Assembly: GCF_044324875.1 (NCBI RefSeq)
Contig: NZ_CP172185.1
Strand: one strand, 5' to 3'
DNA from: Escherichia coli
GTDB taxonomy: Bacteria; Pseudomonadota; Gammaproteobacteria; Enterobacterales; Enterobacteriaceae
Length of the DNA stretch: 64,000 bases
The translations under genes and the position numbers were made by a program. Shown in pieces: positions 63,624-64,000 of the stretch; position 1 is the stretch's first letter; the number at the start of each line of letters is the position of its first letter. Below the pieces are notes generated by a model. It was not told the origin of the DNA. It saw nothing but the letters and a program-made list of their open reading frames with translations, and did no database searches.

Positions 63624-64000
63624 TTAGTACAGAGAGTGGGTGTTACGTTCAATATCTTCTTTGGTGATACGACCGAACATTTTCCAGTAACACCAGGCGG
63701 TGTAGAGCAGAATGATCGGTACCAGAACCACCGCAACCCAGGTCATGACGTTAAGTGTCAGCTGGCTGGAAGTTGCATCCCACATTGTCAGACTTGCGTT
63801 CATCATGGTGCTGGACGGCATCACAAACGGGAACATTGCGATACCGGCAGTCAGGATGATGCAGGCCAGCGTCAGGGAGGAGAACACAAACGCCCACGCG
63901 GCTTTATCCATACGTGCAGTCAGGATGGTCAGCAGCGGCAGAACCACACCCAGTGCCGGAATAGCCCACAGAATTGGCGTGTTGTTGAAGTTTACCAGCC
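63624..64000 (-). CDS. cydB: Cytochrome bd-I ubiquinol oxidase subunit II, 3' part (continues beyond window)
   Basis: C-terminal sequence ...YTAWCYWKMFGRITKEDIERNTHSLY; frame stays open to the window edge. Confidence 0.9.
   Translation of the reverse strand, partial: LVNFNNTPILWAIPALGVVLPLLTILTARMDKAAWAFVFSSLTLACIILTAGIAMFPFVMPSSTMMNASLTMWDATSSQLTLNVMTWVAVVLVPIILLYTAWCYWKMFGRITKEDIERNTHSLY

Overview
Enterobacterial (Escherichia coli-type) chromosome, reverse-complemented relative to the K-12 map. Positions 1-30983 are the gal-proximal ~31 kb of a mosaic lambdoid prophage sitting at the lambda attachment site next to ybhC; its other end lies upstream of the window. The prophage has lambda-identical int/xis and an attL core (30969-30983), a cI/cro immunity switch, an O-like replication gene with internal iterons, Q, lambda-type S/R/Rz/Rz1 lysis genes, an HK97-type head module with HNH endonuclease and terminase, and a Mu-like contractile tail. 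Positions 31030-64000 are syntenic host genes: ybhC, ybhJIH, ybhD, pgl, ybhA, modCBA, acrZ, modEF, galETKM, gpmA, aroG, ybgS, zitB, pnuC, nadA, the seven-gene lysT tRNA operon, cpoB-pal-tolBARQ-ybgC, ybgE, cydX and the 3' end of cydB. The most interesting signals are AT-rich cargo loci at classic prophage hotspots. The strongest is a two-gene membrane-protein plus 294-aa cassette inserted antisense between Q and the holin, which I read as a candidate anti-phage defence module; the Kiwa-like assignment is a guess from architecture only. Others are a divergent gene pair at the bor position, and a convergent overlapping gene pair at the head of the pL operon where no N-like gene is recognisable, preceded by a hairpin plus rrn-type boxA and followed by a GC-rich structured noncoding segment. 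Three genes look disrupted by single-base frameshifts (host nadA, the phage Dam methyltransferase at its NPPY motif, and a small early gene upstream of O); these may be real pseudogenes or homopolymer sequencing errors. No CRISPR array, IS element or rRNA gene was seen. All calls are from reading the sequence and recalled protein families; no database search was run.
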